Assembly (NCBI RefSeq): GCF_009914755.1
Contig: NC_060925.1
Reading direction: 5' to 3' (one strand)
Source: the human T2T-CHM13v2.0 reference genome, Homo sapiens
DNA: 64,000 nucleotides
Numbering within the stretch: position 1 is the stretch's first letter; each line of letters starts with the position of its first letter. The position numbers were made by a program, and so were the translations under genes. The notes below the pieces were generated by a model that did not search any database, was not told where the DNA came from, and worked only from the letters and a program-made list of their open reading frames with translations. Shown here piece by piece: positions 25,901 to 40,900 of the stretch.

Positions 25901-28900
25901 GATGATTCCTTTCGAGAACATTCGATGATTGCATTCAATTAATACGATGACGATTCCATTCAATTCCGTTCAATGATTCCATTAGATTCCATTTTATGAT
26001 GATTCCATTCGATTCTATTTGATGATGATTCCATGTGATTCCATTAGATGATGACTCCTTTCATTTCCATTCGATGATGATTCCATTCGGTTCCTTTCGA
26101 TGATGATTCTTTGAATTCCATTTGATGACAATTCCATTCAATACCAATTGATGATGGTTAGTTTAGATTCCATTTGATGATGATTACATTCAATTCCATT
26201 TGATCATGATTCCATTCGATTCCACTTGATGATTCCTTTCGATTCCATTCAATGATGATTCCATTTGAGTTCATTGACTATTCCATTCTATTCCATTCGA
26301 TGATTCCTTTCGCGTCCATTCGATGATACTATTCGATTGCATTCGATAATTCCATTCGATTGCATTCGATAATTCCATTTGATTCCATTTGAGGATAATT
26401 CCATTTGAGTCCATTCGATGATTCTTCCATTCGATTCTATTCGGTGATTCCATTCGATTCCATTTGATAATGATTCCATTCGAGACCATTCGATGTTTCC
26501 ATTCAATTCCATTCCATAATGATTCCATTCGAGTCCATTCAATGATTTCATTCAAGTCTATTCGATGATTCCATCTGATTCCATTCAATGAATCCATTCG
26601 ATTCCATTCAATGATGATTCCATTCATTTCCATCTGATGATGATTCCATTCGACTCCATTCAATGATTCCATTCGATTCCATTTGATGATGATTTCAATC
26701 AATTTCATTCGATGATTGCATTCGAATCCATTCGATGATGAGTCCATCCATTTCAATTTCATGATAATTCCATTCGTTCAAACTCGATGGTGTTTCCATT
26801 CGATTCTATTCGACGTTGATTCCATTAGTTTCCATTGGATGATGATTCCATTCGAGTCCATTCGATGATTCTCTTCGATTCCATTAGATAATTCCTTCTG
26901 ATTCCGTTTGATGTTGATTCCATTCGAGTCCATTCGATGATAATTCCATTCGATTGTATGCGATGATTCCATTCCATTCCATTTGAAGATGATTCCATTC
27001 GAGACCATTCGATGATTGCACTCAATTCATTCGATGATGATTCCATTCAATTCTGTTCAATGATTCCATTAGATTCCATTTGTTGATGATTCCATGCGAT
27101 TCCATTTGATGATGACTCCTTTCATTTCCTTTCGATCATGATTCCTTTCGTTTCCTTCTGATGATGACTCCATTCGATTCCGTTCAATGATTATTCCATT
27201 CGAGTCCATTCGGTGATTCCATTCGTTTCTACTCGGTGATGATTGAATTCCAGTCCATGGATTATTCCATTCCATTCCATTAGATGATTCCATTCGAGTC
27301 CATTCGATGATTCTCTTCGATTCCATTCGATAATTCCGTTTGATTCCGTTTGATGTTGATTCCATTCGAGTCCATTCAATGATAATTCCATTCGATTCTA
27401 TGCGATGATTCCATTCCTTTCCATTTGAAGATGATTCCATGCGATGCCATTAGATGATGACTCCTTTCATTTCCATTCAATGAGGATTCCATTCGGTTCT
27501 ATTTGATGATTATTCCTTTGAATTCCATTAGAAGACAATTCCATTCAATACCAATTGATGATGCTTATTTTTGATTCCATTAGATGATGATTACATTCGA
27601 TTCCATTTGATCATGATGCCATTTGATTCCACTCGATGATTCCATTCGATTCCATTCAATGATGATTCCATTCGAGTTCATTGACTATTCCATTCCATTG
27701 CATTCGATGATACCTTTCGAGTCCATTCGATGATTCTATTCGATTGCATTCGATAATTCCATTCGATTGCATTCGATAATTCCATTCGATTCCATTTGGG
27801 GATAATTCCATTTGATTCCATTCGATGATTGTTCCATTCGACTCAATCTTGTGATTCCATTCGATTCCATTTGATAATGATTCCATTCGAGACCATTCAA
27901 TGATTCCATTCAAGTCCATTCGATGATTCCATCTGATTCCATTCAATGAATCCATTCGATTGCATTCTATGATGATTCCATTCATTTCCATCTGATGATG
28001 ATTCCATTCGATTCCATTGAATGATTCCATTCGATTCCATTTGATGATGATTTCAATCAATTTAATTCGATGATTCCATTCGAATCCCTTCGATGATGAG
28101 TCCACCGATTTCATTTTCATGATAATTCCATTCGTTTCAATTCGATGGAGTTTCCATTCTATTCCATTCGAAGTTGATTCCATTAGTTTCCATTGGATGA
28201 TGATTCCATTCGAGTCCATTTGATGATGATCACATTGGATTTCATTCCATAATTCTATTCGATTCCATTTGATGATGATTCCATCTGATTCCATTTGATG
28301 ATTCCATTCGATTCCATTCCATGATGATTCCATTCGCTTCCATTCGATGATGATTCCATTCGATTCCGTTCAATGATTATTCCATTCGAATCCATTTGAT
28401 GACTCCTTTCGATTCCATTCTTTGATGATTGCATTCGAGTCCATGGAATATTCCATTCCATTCCATTAGATGATTCCATTCGAGTCCTTTCGATGATTCG
28501 CTTCGATTCCATTCGATAATTCCGTTTGATTCCGTTTGATGTTGATTCCATTGGAGTCCATTCAATGATAATTCCATTCGATTCTATGCGATGATTCCAT
28601 TCCATTCCATTTGAAGATGATTCCATTCGAGACCATTCGATGATTGCAATCAATTCATTCGATGATGATTCCATTCAATTCTGTTCAATGATTCCATTAG
28701 ATTCCATTTGATGATTCCATTCGATTCCATTTGATGATGATTCCATGAGATTTCATTAGATGATGACTCCTTTCATTTCCATTGGATGATGATTCCATTC
28801 GCTTCCATTTGATGATGATTCTTTGAATTCCATTTGATGACAATTCCATTCAATACCAATTGATGATGGTTATTTTTGATTCCATTTGATGATGATTACA

Positions 28901-31900
28901 TTCGATTCCATTTGATCATGATTCCATTCGATTCCACTCGATGATTCCATTCGATTCCATTCAATGATGATTCCATTCGAGTTCATTGACTATTCCATTC
29001 CATTCCATTCGATGATTCCATTCGAGTCCATTCGATGATTCTATTCGATTGCATTCGATTATTCCGTTCGATTGCATTCGAGAATTCCATTCGATTCCAT
29101 TTGAGGATAATTCCATTTGAGTCCATTCGGTGATTGTTCCATTCGATTCTATTCGGTGATTCCATTCGATTCCATTTGATAATGATTCCATTCGAGACCA
29201 TTCGATGATTCCATTCAATTCCATTCAATAATGATTCCATTCGAGTCCATTCAATGATTCTATTCAAGTCCATTCGATGATACCATCTGATTCCATTCAA
29301 TGAATCCATTCGATTCCATTCTATGATGATTCCATTCATTTCCATCTGATGATGATTCCATTCGATTCCATTCAATGATACCATTCGATTCCATTTGATG
29401 ATGATTTCAATCAATTTCATTCGATGATTCCATTCGAATCCATTCGATGATGAGTCCATCCATTTCAATTTCATGATAATTCCATTCGTTTCAATTCGAT
29501 GGTGTTTCCCTTCGATTCCATTCGATACTGATTGCATTAGTTTCCATTGGATGATGATTCCATTCGAGTCCATTCGATGATGATCACAATGGATTTCATT
29601 CCATAATTCTATTCGATTCCATTTGATGATGATTCCATCTGATTCCATTTGATGATTCCATTCGAGTCCATTCGATGATGATTCCATTCGTTTCCATCCG
29701 ATCATGATTCCATTCGATTCCGTTGAATAATTATTCCATTCGAGTCCTTTCGATGATTCCATTCGATTCCATTCGATGATGATTGCATTCGAGTCCATGG
29801 ATTATTCCATTCCATTCCATTAGATGATTCCATTCGAGTCCATTCAATGATTCTCTTCGATTCCATTCAATAATTCCGTTTGATTCGGTTTGATGTTGAT
29901 TCCATTCGAGTCCATTCGATGATAATTCCATTCGATTCTATGCGATGATTCCATTCCTTTACATTTGAAGATGATTCCTTTCGAGACCATTTGATGCTTG
30001 CATTCAATTGATTCGATGACGATTCCATTCAATTCCGTTCAATGATTCCATTAGATTCCATTTGATAATGATTCCATTCGATTCCATTTGATGATGATTC
30101 CATGTGATTCCATTAGATGATGACTCCTTACATTTCCATTTGATGATGATTCCATTCGTTACCATCTGATGATGGTTCCATTCGATTCTGTTCAATGATT
30201 ATTCCTTACGAGTCCATTCTATGATTCCATTCGATTCTGTTCGATGATGATTGCAATCGTGTCCATGGATTATTCCATTCCATTCCATTAGATGATTCCA
30301 TTCGAGTCCATTCAATGATTCTCTTCAATTCCATTCGATAATTCCGTTTGATTCCGTTTGATGTTGATTCCATTCGACTCCATTCGATGATACTTCCATT
30401 CGATTCTATGCGATGATTCCATTCCATTCCATTTGAGGATGATTCCATTCGAGACCATTCGATGATTGCGTTCAATTCATTCGATGACGATTCCATTTAA
30501 TTCCGTTCAATGATTCCATTAGATTCCATTTGATGATGATTCCATTCGATTCCATTTGATGATGATTCCGTGTGATTCCATTAGATGATGACTCCTTTCA
30601 TTTCCATTCAATGAGAATTCCATTCGGTTCCTTTTGATGACGATTCCTTTGAATTCCATTTGATGACAATTCCATTCAATACCAATTGATGATGGTTATT
30701 TTTGATTCCATTTGATGATGATTGCATTCGATTCCATTTGATCATGATTCCATTCGATTCCACTCGATGATTCCATTCGATTCCATTCAATGATGATTCC
30801 ATTCGAGTTCATTGACTATTCCATTCCATTCCAGTCCATGATTCCATTCGAGTCCATTCGATGATACTATTCGATTGCATTCGATAATTCCATTAGATTG
30901 CATTCGATAATTCCATTTGATTCCATTTGAGGATAATTCCATTTGAGTCCATTCGATGATTGTTCCATTTGATTCTATTCGGTGATTCCATTCGATTCTA
31001 TTTGATAATGATTCCATTCGAGACCATTCGATGATTCCATTCAATTCCATTCAATAATGATTCCATTCGAGTCCATTCAATGATTCCATTCAAGTCCATT
31101 CGATGATTCCATCTGACTGCATTCAATGAATCCATTCGATTCCATTCTATGATGATTCCATTCATTTTCATCTGATGATGATTCCATTCGATTCCATTCA
31201 ATGATTCCATTCGATTCCATTTGATGATGATTTCAATCAATGTCATTCGATGATTCCATTCGAATCCATTCGATGATGAGTCCATCCATTTCAATTTCAT
31301 GATAATTCCATTTGTTTCAATTCGATGTTGTTTCCATTTGATTCCATTCGATGCTGATTCCATTAGTTTCCTTTGGATGATGATTCCATTCGAGTCCATT
31401 CGATTATGATTACATTGGATTTCATTCCATAATTCTATTCGATTCCATTTGATGATGATTCCATCTGATTCCATTTGATGATTCCATTCGATTCCATTCG
31501 ATGATGATTCCATTCGTTTCCATTCCATGATGATTCCATTCGATTCCGTTCAATGATTATTCCATTCGAGTCCATTCGATGATTCCATTCGATTCCTTTC
31601 GATGATGATTGCATTCGAGTCCATGGATTATTCCCTTCCATTTTATTAGATGATTCCTTTCGAGTCCAGTCGATGATTCTTTTCGATTCCATTCGATAAT
31701 TCCCTTTGATTCATTTTGATGTTGATTCTATTAGAGTCCATTCAATGATAATTCCATTCGATTCTATGCGATGATTCCATTCCTTTCCATTTGAAGATGA
31801 TTCCATTCGAGACCATTCGATGATTGCTTTCAATTCGTTCAATGAGGATTCCATACAATTCCGTTCAATGATTCCATTAGATTCCATTTGATGATGATTC

Positions 31901-34900
31901 CATTCGATTCCATTTGATGATGATTCCATGCGATTCTCTTAGATGAAGACTCCTTTCATTCCAATCGATGATGATTCAATTCGTTTCCATTCGATGATGA
32001 TTCCATTCGATTCTGTTCAATGATTATTCCTTACGAGTCCATTCGATGATTCCATTAGATTCTGTTCGATGATGATTGCATTCGAGTCCATGGATTATTC
32101 CATTCCATTCCATTAAATGATTCCATTCGAGTCCATTCGATGATTCTCTTCGATTCCATTCAATGAATCCATTCGATTCCATTCTATGATGATTCCATTC
32201 ATTTCCATCTGATGATGATTCCATTCGATTCCATTCAATGATTCCATTCGATTCCATTTGATGATGATTTCAATCAATTTCATTCGATGATTCCATTCAA
32301 GTCCATTCGATGATGATCACATTGGATTTCATTCCATAATTCTATTCGATTCCATTTCATGATGATTCCATGGGATTCCATTAGATAATGACTCCTTTCA
32401 TTTCCATTCGATGATGATTCCATTCGTTTCCATCCGATGATGATTCCATTCGATTCCGTTCAATGATTATTCCATTCGAGTCCATTCGATGATTCCATTC
32501 GATTCTATTCGATGATGATTGCATTCGAGTCCATGGATTATTCCATTCCATTCCTTTAGATGATTCCATTCGAGTCCTTTCGATGATTCTCTTCAATTCC
32601 ATTCAATAATTCCGTTTGGTTCCGTTTGATGATGATTCCATTCGAGTCCATTCAATGATAATTCCATTCGATTCTATGCGATGATTCCATTCCTTTCCAT
32701 TTGAGGATGATTCCATTCGAGACCATTCGATGATTGCATTCAATTCATTCGTTGACGATTCCATTCTATTTCGTTCAATGATTCCATTAGATTCCATTTG
32801 ATGATGATTCCATTCGATTCCATTTGATGATGATTCCATGCGATTCCATTAGATGATGACTCTTTCATTTCCATTCAATGAGGATTCCATTCTGTTCCAT
32901 TTGATGATTATTCCTTTGAATTCCATTTGATGACAATTCCATTCAATACCAAATGATGATGGTTATTTTTGATTCAATTTGATGATGATTACATTCGATT
33001 CCATTTGATCATGATTCCATTCGATTCCACTCGATGATTCCATTCCATTCCATTCAATGATGATTCCATTCGAATTCATTGACTATTCCATTCCATTCCA
33101 TTCGATGATTCCATTCGAATCCATTCGATGATGAGTCCATCCATTTCAATTCCATGATAATTCCATTCGTTTCAATACGATGTTGTTTCCATTCGATTCC
33201 ATTCGATGTTGATTCATTAGTTTCCATTGGATGATGATTCCATTCGAGTCCATTCGATGATGATCACATTGGATTTCATTCCATAATTCTATTCGATTCC
33301 ATTAGATGATGATTCCATCTGATTCCATTTGATAATTCCACTCGATTCCATTCGATGATGATTCCATTCGTTTCCATCTGATGATTCCATTCGATTTCGT
33401 TCAATGATTATTCCATTCGAGTCCATTCGATGATTCCATTCGATTCCATTCGATGATGATTGCATTCCAGTAAATGGGTTATTCCATTCCATTCTATTAG
33501 ATGATACCTTTGGAGTCCATTTGATGATTCTCTTCGATTCCATTCAATAAATCCGTTTGATTACATTTGATGTTGATTCCATTCGAGTCCATTCGATGAT
33601 AATTCCATTCGTTTCTATGCGATGACTCCATTCCATTCCATTTGGAGATGGTTCCATTCGAGACCATTCGTTGATTGCATTCAATTCATTCGATGACGAT
33701 TCCATTCAATTCCGTTCAATGATTCCATTAGATTCCATTTGATGATGATTCCATTCGATTCCATTTGATATTGATTCCATGCAATTCCATTAGATGTTGA
33801 CTCCTTTCATTTCCATTCAATGAGGATTCCATTCGGTTCCATTTGATGATGATTCCATGCGATTCCATTAGATGATGACTTCTTTCATTTCCATTCAATG
33901 AGGATTCCATTCGGTTCCATTTGATGATGATTCCTTTGAATTCCATTTGATGACAATTCCATTCAATACCAATTGATGATGGTTATTTTTGATTCCATTT
34001 CATGATGATTACATTCGATTCCATTTGATCATGATTCCATTGGATTCCACACGATGATTCCATTCGATTCCATTCAATGATGATTCCATTCGAGTTCATT
34101 GACTATTACATTCCATTCCATTCGATGATTCCATTCGAGTCCATTCAATGATTCTATTCGATTGCATTCGATTATTCCATTCGATTGCATTCGATAATTC
34201 CATTCGATTCCATTTGAGGATAATTCCATTTGAGTCCATTCGATGATTGTTCCATTCGATTCTATTCGGTGACTCCATTCGATTCCATTTGATAATGATC
34301 CCATTCGAGACCATTCGATGATTCCATTCAATTCCATTCAATAATGATTCCATTCGAGTCCATTCAATGATTCCATTCAAGGCCATTCGATGATTCCATC
34401 TGATTCAATTCAATGAATCCATTCAATTCCATTCTAAGATGATTCCATTCATTTCCATCTGATGATGATTCCATTCGATTCTATTCAATGATTCCATTCG
34501 ATTCCATTTGATGATGATTTCAATCAATTTCATTCGATGATTCCATTCGAATCCATTCGATGATGAGTCCATCCATTTCTATTTCATGATAATTCTATTC
34601 GTTTCAATTCGATGGTGTTTCCATTCGATTCCATTCGATGTTGATTCCATTAGTTTCCATTGGATGATGATTCCATTCGAGTCCATTCAACGATGATCAC
34701 ATTGGATTTCATTCCATAATTCTATTCGATCCCATTTGATGATTATTCCATCTGATTCCATTTGATGATTCCGTTCGATTCCATTCGATGATGATTCCAT
34801 TCGAATTTTTTCAATGATTATTCCATTCGAGTCCATTCGATGATTCCATTCGATTCCATTCGATGATGATTGCATTCGAGTCCATGGATTATTCCATTCC

Positions 34901-37900
34901 ATTCCATTAGGTGATTCCATTCGAGTCCATTCGATGTTTCTGTGTGGTTCCATTCAATAATTACGTTTGAATCCTTTTGATGTTGATTCCATTCGAGTCC
35001 ATTCGATGATAATTCCATTCGATTATTTGCGATGATTCCATTCCATTCCATTTGAAGATGATTCCATTTGAGACCATACGATGATTCCATTCAATTCATT
35101 CGATCACGATTCCATTAAAATCTGTTCAATGATTCCATTAGATTCCATTTGATGATGATTCCATTCGATTCCATTTGATGATGATTCCTTGCAATTCCAT
35201 TAAATGATGACTCCTTTCATTTCCATTCCATGATGATTCCATTCGTTTGCATCCGATGATGATTCCATTCGATTCCGTTCAATTATTATTCCATTCGACT
35301 CCATTCGATGACTCCATTCGATTCTATTCGATGGTGATTGCATTCGAGTCCATGGATTATTCCATTCCATTCCATTAGACGATTCCATTCGAGTCGATTC
35401 GATGATTCTCTTCGATTCCATTCGATAACTCCGTTTGTTTCCGTTTGATGTTGATTCCATTCGAGTCCATTCAATGATAATTCCATTCGATTCTATGCTA
35501 TGATTCCATTCCTTTCCATTTGAAGATGATTCCATTCGAGACCATTCGATGATTGCATGCAATTCATTCGATGATGATTCCATTCAATTAAGCTCAGTGA
35601 TTCCATTAGATTCCATTTGATGGTGATTCCATTCGATTTCATTTGATGATGATTCCATGCGATTCCATTAGATGATGACTCCTTTCATTTCCATTCCATG
35701 ATGATTCCAGTCGTTTCCATCCGATGATGATTCCATTCGATTCTCTTCAATGAGTGTTCCATTCGAGTCCATTCGATGATTCCATTCGATTCTATTCAAT
35801 GGTGATTGAATTCGAGTTCATGGATTATTCCATTCCATTCCATTAGATGATTCCATTCGTGTCCATTCGATGATTCTCCTGGATTCCATTCGATAATTCC
35901 GTTTGATTCCGTTTGACGTTGATTCCATTCGAGTCCATTCAATAATTCCATTCGATTCTATGCGATGATTCCATTCCTTTCCATTTGAAGATGATTCCAT
36001 TCGAGACAATTCGATGATTGCATTCAATTCATTCGATGATCATTCCTTTCAATTCTGTTCAATGATTCCATTAGATTCCATTTGATGATGATTCCATTCG
36101 ATTCCATTGGATGATGATGCCATGCGATTCCATTAGGTGATGACTCCTTTCATTTCCATTCAATGAGGATTGAATTCGGTTCCATTTGGTGATGATTCCT
36201 TCGAATTACATTTGATGATGATTCCTTTGAATTCCATTTGATGACAATTCCATTCAATACCAATTGATGATGGTTATATTTGATTCCATTTGATGATGAT
36301 TACATTCGATTCCATTTGATCATGATTCCATTCGATTCCATTCAATGATGATTCCATTCGAGTACACTGACTATTCCATTCCATTCGATGATTCCATTCG
36401 ATTCCATTCAATGATTCCATTCGATTCCATTTGATGATGATTTCAATCAATTTCATTCGATGATTCCATACGAATCCATTCGATAATGAGTCCATCCATT
36501 TCAATTTCATGATAATTCGTTTCGTTTCTATTCGATGGTGTTTCCATTCGATTCCATTCGATGTTGATTCCATTAGTTTCCATTGGATGATGATTCCATT
36601 CGAGTCCATTCGACGATGATCACATTGGATTTCATTCCATAATTCTATTCGATTCCATTTGATGATGATTCCATCTGATTCCATTTGATGATTCCATTCG
36701 ATTCCATTGGATGATGATTCCATTCGTATCCTTCCGATGATGATTCCATTCGATTTCGTTCAATGATTATTCCATTCGAGTCCATTCGATGATTCCATTC
36801 GATTCCATTCGATGATGATTGCATTCGAGTCCATGGGTTATTCCATTCCATTCCATTAGATGATTCCATTCGAGTCCATTCGATGTTTCTCTGCGATTCC
36901 GTTCGATAATTCAGTTTGATTCCTTTGGATGTTGATTCCATTCGAGTCCATTCGATGATAATTCCATTCGATTCTTTGCGATGATTCCATTCCATTCCAT
37001 TTGAAGATGATTCCATTCGAGACCATACGATGATTGCATTCAATTCATTCGATCACGATTCCATTCAATTCCGTTCAATGATTCCATTAGGTTCCATTCG
37101 ATGATGATTCCATTCGATTCCATTTGATGATGATTCCATGCGATTCCATTAGATGATGACCCCTTTCATTTCCATTCGATGATGATTCCATTCGTTTCCA
37201 TTCGACGAGGATTCCATTCGATTCCGTTCAATGATTATTCCATTCGAGTCCATTCAATGATTCCTTTCGATTCTATTCGATTATGATTGCATTCGTGTCC
37301 ATGGATTATTCCATTCCATTCCATTAGATGATTCCAATCGTGGCCATTCGATGATCCCTTCGATTCCATTCGATAATTCCGTTTGATTCTGTTTGATGTT
37401 GATTCCCTTCGAGTCCATTCCATGATAATATCATTCGATTCTATGCGATGACTCCATTCCTTTCCATTTGAAGTTGATTCCATTCGAGACCATTCGATGA
37501 TTGCATTCAATTCATTCGATGACGATAACATTCAATTCCGTTCAATGATTCCATTAGATTCCATTCGATGATGATTCCATTCGATTCCATTTGATGATGA
37601 TTCCATGCGGTTCCATTAGGTGATGACTCCTTTCATTTCCATTCGATGATGATTCCATTAATTTCATTTGACGATGATTCCTTTCGATTCTGTTCAACGA
37701 TTATTCCATTCGAGTCCATTCGATGATTCCATTTGATTTTATTCGAAGATGATTGCATTCGGGTCCACGGATTATTCCATTCCATTCCATTAGATTATTC
37801 CGTTCGTGGCCATTCGATGATTCTCTTTGATTCCATTCGATAATTCCGTTTGATTCTGTTTGATGTTGATTCCATTCGAGTCCATTCCACGATAATTCCA

Positions 37901-40900
37901 TTCGATTCTATGCGATGATTCCATTCCTTTCCATTTGAAGATGATTCCATTCGAGACCATTCGATGATTGCATTCAATTCATTCGATGACGATTCCATTC
38001 AATTCCGTTCAATGATTCTATTCGATTCCATTTGATGATGATTCCATGCGATTCCATTAAATGATGACTCCTTTCATTTCCATTCAATGAGGATTCCATT
38101 CGGTTCCATTTGATGATGATTCCTTTGAATTCCATTTGATGACAATTCCATTCAATACCATTTGATGATGGTTATTTTTGATTCCATTTGATGATGATTA
38201 CATTCGATTCCATTTGATCATGATTCCATTCCATTCCACTCGATGATTCCATTCGATTCCATTCAATGAGGATTCCATTCGAGTTCATTGACTATTCCAT
38301 TCCATTCCATTCGATGATTCCATTCGAGTCCATTCGATGATTCTATTCGATTGCATTCGATAATTCCATTCGATTGCATTCGATAATTCCATTCGATTCC
38401 ATTTGAGGATAATTCCATTTGAGTCTATTTGATGATAGTTCCATTCGATTCTATTCCTTGATTCCATTAGATTCCATTTGATAATGATTCCATTCGAGAC
38501 CATTCGATGATTTCATTCTATTCCATTCAATAATGATTCCATTCGAGTCCATTCAATGATTCCATTCAAGTCCATTCGATGATTCCATCTGATTCCATTC
38601 AATGAATCCATTCGATTCCATTCTATGATGATTCCATTCATTTCCATCTGATGATGATTCCATTCGATTCCATTCAATGATTCCATTCGATTCCATTTGA
38701 TGATGATTTCAATCAATTTCATTCGATGATTCCTTTCGAATCCATTCGATGATGAGTACATCCATTTCAATTTCATGATAATTCCATTCGTTTCATTTCG
38801 ATGGTGTTTCCATTCGATTCCATTCGATGTTGATTCCATTAGTTTCCATTGGATGATGATTCCGTTCGAGTCCATTCGATGATGATCACATTGGATTTCA
38901 TTCCATAATTGTATTCGATTCCATTTGATGATGATTCCATCTGATTCAATTTGATGATTCCATCCGATTCTATTCGATGATGATTCCATTCGTTTCCATC
39001 CGATGATGATTCCATTCGTTTCCGTTCAAAGTTTATTCCATTAGAGTCCATTCGACGTTTCCATTCAATTCCATTCGATGATGATTGCATTTGAGTCCAT
39101 GGATTATTCCATTCCATTCCATTAGATGATTCCATTCGAGTCCATTCGATGATTCTCTTCGATTCCATTCGATAATTCCGTTTGATTCCGTTTGATGTTG
39201 ATTCCATTCGAGTCCATTCGATGATAATTCCATTCGATTCTATGCGATGATTCCATTCCATTCCATTTAAACATGATTCCATTCGAGACCATTCGATGAT
39301 TGCATTCAATTCATTCGATGACAATTCCATTCAATTCCGTTCAATGTTTTCATTAGATTCCATTTGATGATGATTCCATTCGAATACTTTTGATGATGAT
39401 TCCATGCGATTCCATTAGATGATGACCCCTTTCATTTCCATTCGATGATGATTCTTTTCGTTTCCATCCGATGATGATTCCATTCGATTCCGTTCAATGA
39501 TTATTCCATTCGAGTCCATTCGATGATTCCATTCGATTCTATGTGATGATGATTGCATTCGCGTCCATGGATTATTCCATTCCATTCCGTTATATGATTC
39601 CATTCGTGTCCATTCGATGATTCTCCTCAATTGCATTCGATAATTAGTTTTGATTCCATTTAATGTTGATTCCATTCGAGTCCATTCCATGATAATTCCA
39701 TTCGATTCTATGCGATGATTCCATTCCATTCCATTTGAAGATGATTCCATTCCTGACCATTCGATGATTGCATTAAATTCATTCGATGACGATTCCATTC
39801 AATTTCGTTCAATGATTCCATTATATTCCATTTGATGATGATTCCATTCGATTCCATTTGATGATGATTCCATGCGATTCCATTAGATGATGACTCCTTT
39901 CATTTCCATTCGATGATGATTCCTTTCGTTTCCATCCGATGATGATTCCATTCAATTCCGTTCAATTATTATTCCATTCGAGTCCAATCGATGATTCCAT
40001 TCGATTCTATTCGATGGTGATTGCATTCGAGTTCATGGATTGTTCCATTCCATTCCATTAGATGATTCCATTCGTGTCCATTCGATGATTCTCCTCGATT
40101 CCATTCGATAATTCCGTTTGATTCCGTTTGACGTTGTTCCCATTTGAGTCCATTCAATGATAATTCCATTCGATTCTATGCGATGATTCCATTCCTTTCC
40201 ATTTGAAGATGATTCCGTTCGAGAGAATTCGATGATTGCATTCAATTCGTTCAATGACGATTCCTTTCAATTCTGTTCAACGATTCTTTAGATTCCATTT
40301 GATGATGATTCCATTCGATTCCATTGGATGATGATGCCATGCGATTCCATTAGATGATGACTCCTTTCATTTCCATTCAATGACGATTCCATTCGGTTCC
40401 ATTTGATGATGATTCCTTTGAATTGCACTTGATGATGATTCCTTTGAATTCCATTTGATGACAATTCCATTCAATGCCAATTGATGATGGTTATTTTTGA
40501 TTCCATTTGATGATGATTACATTCGATTCCATTTGATCATGATTCCATTCGATTCCATTCAATGATGATTCCATTCGAGTACACTGACTATTCCATTCCA
40601 TTCCATTCGATGATTCCTTTCGAGTCCATTCGATGATTCTATTCGATTGCATTCGATAATTCCATTCGATTGCTTTTGATAATTCCATTTGATTCCATTT
40701 GAGGATAATTCCATTTGAGTCCATTCGATGATTGTTCCATTTGATTCTATTCGATGATTCCATTCAATTCCATTCAATAATGATTCCATTCGAGTCCATT
40801 CAATGATTCCATTCAAGTCCATTCGATGATTCCATCTGATTCCATTCAATGAATCCATTCGATTCCATTCTATGATGATTCCATTCATTTCCATCTGATG

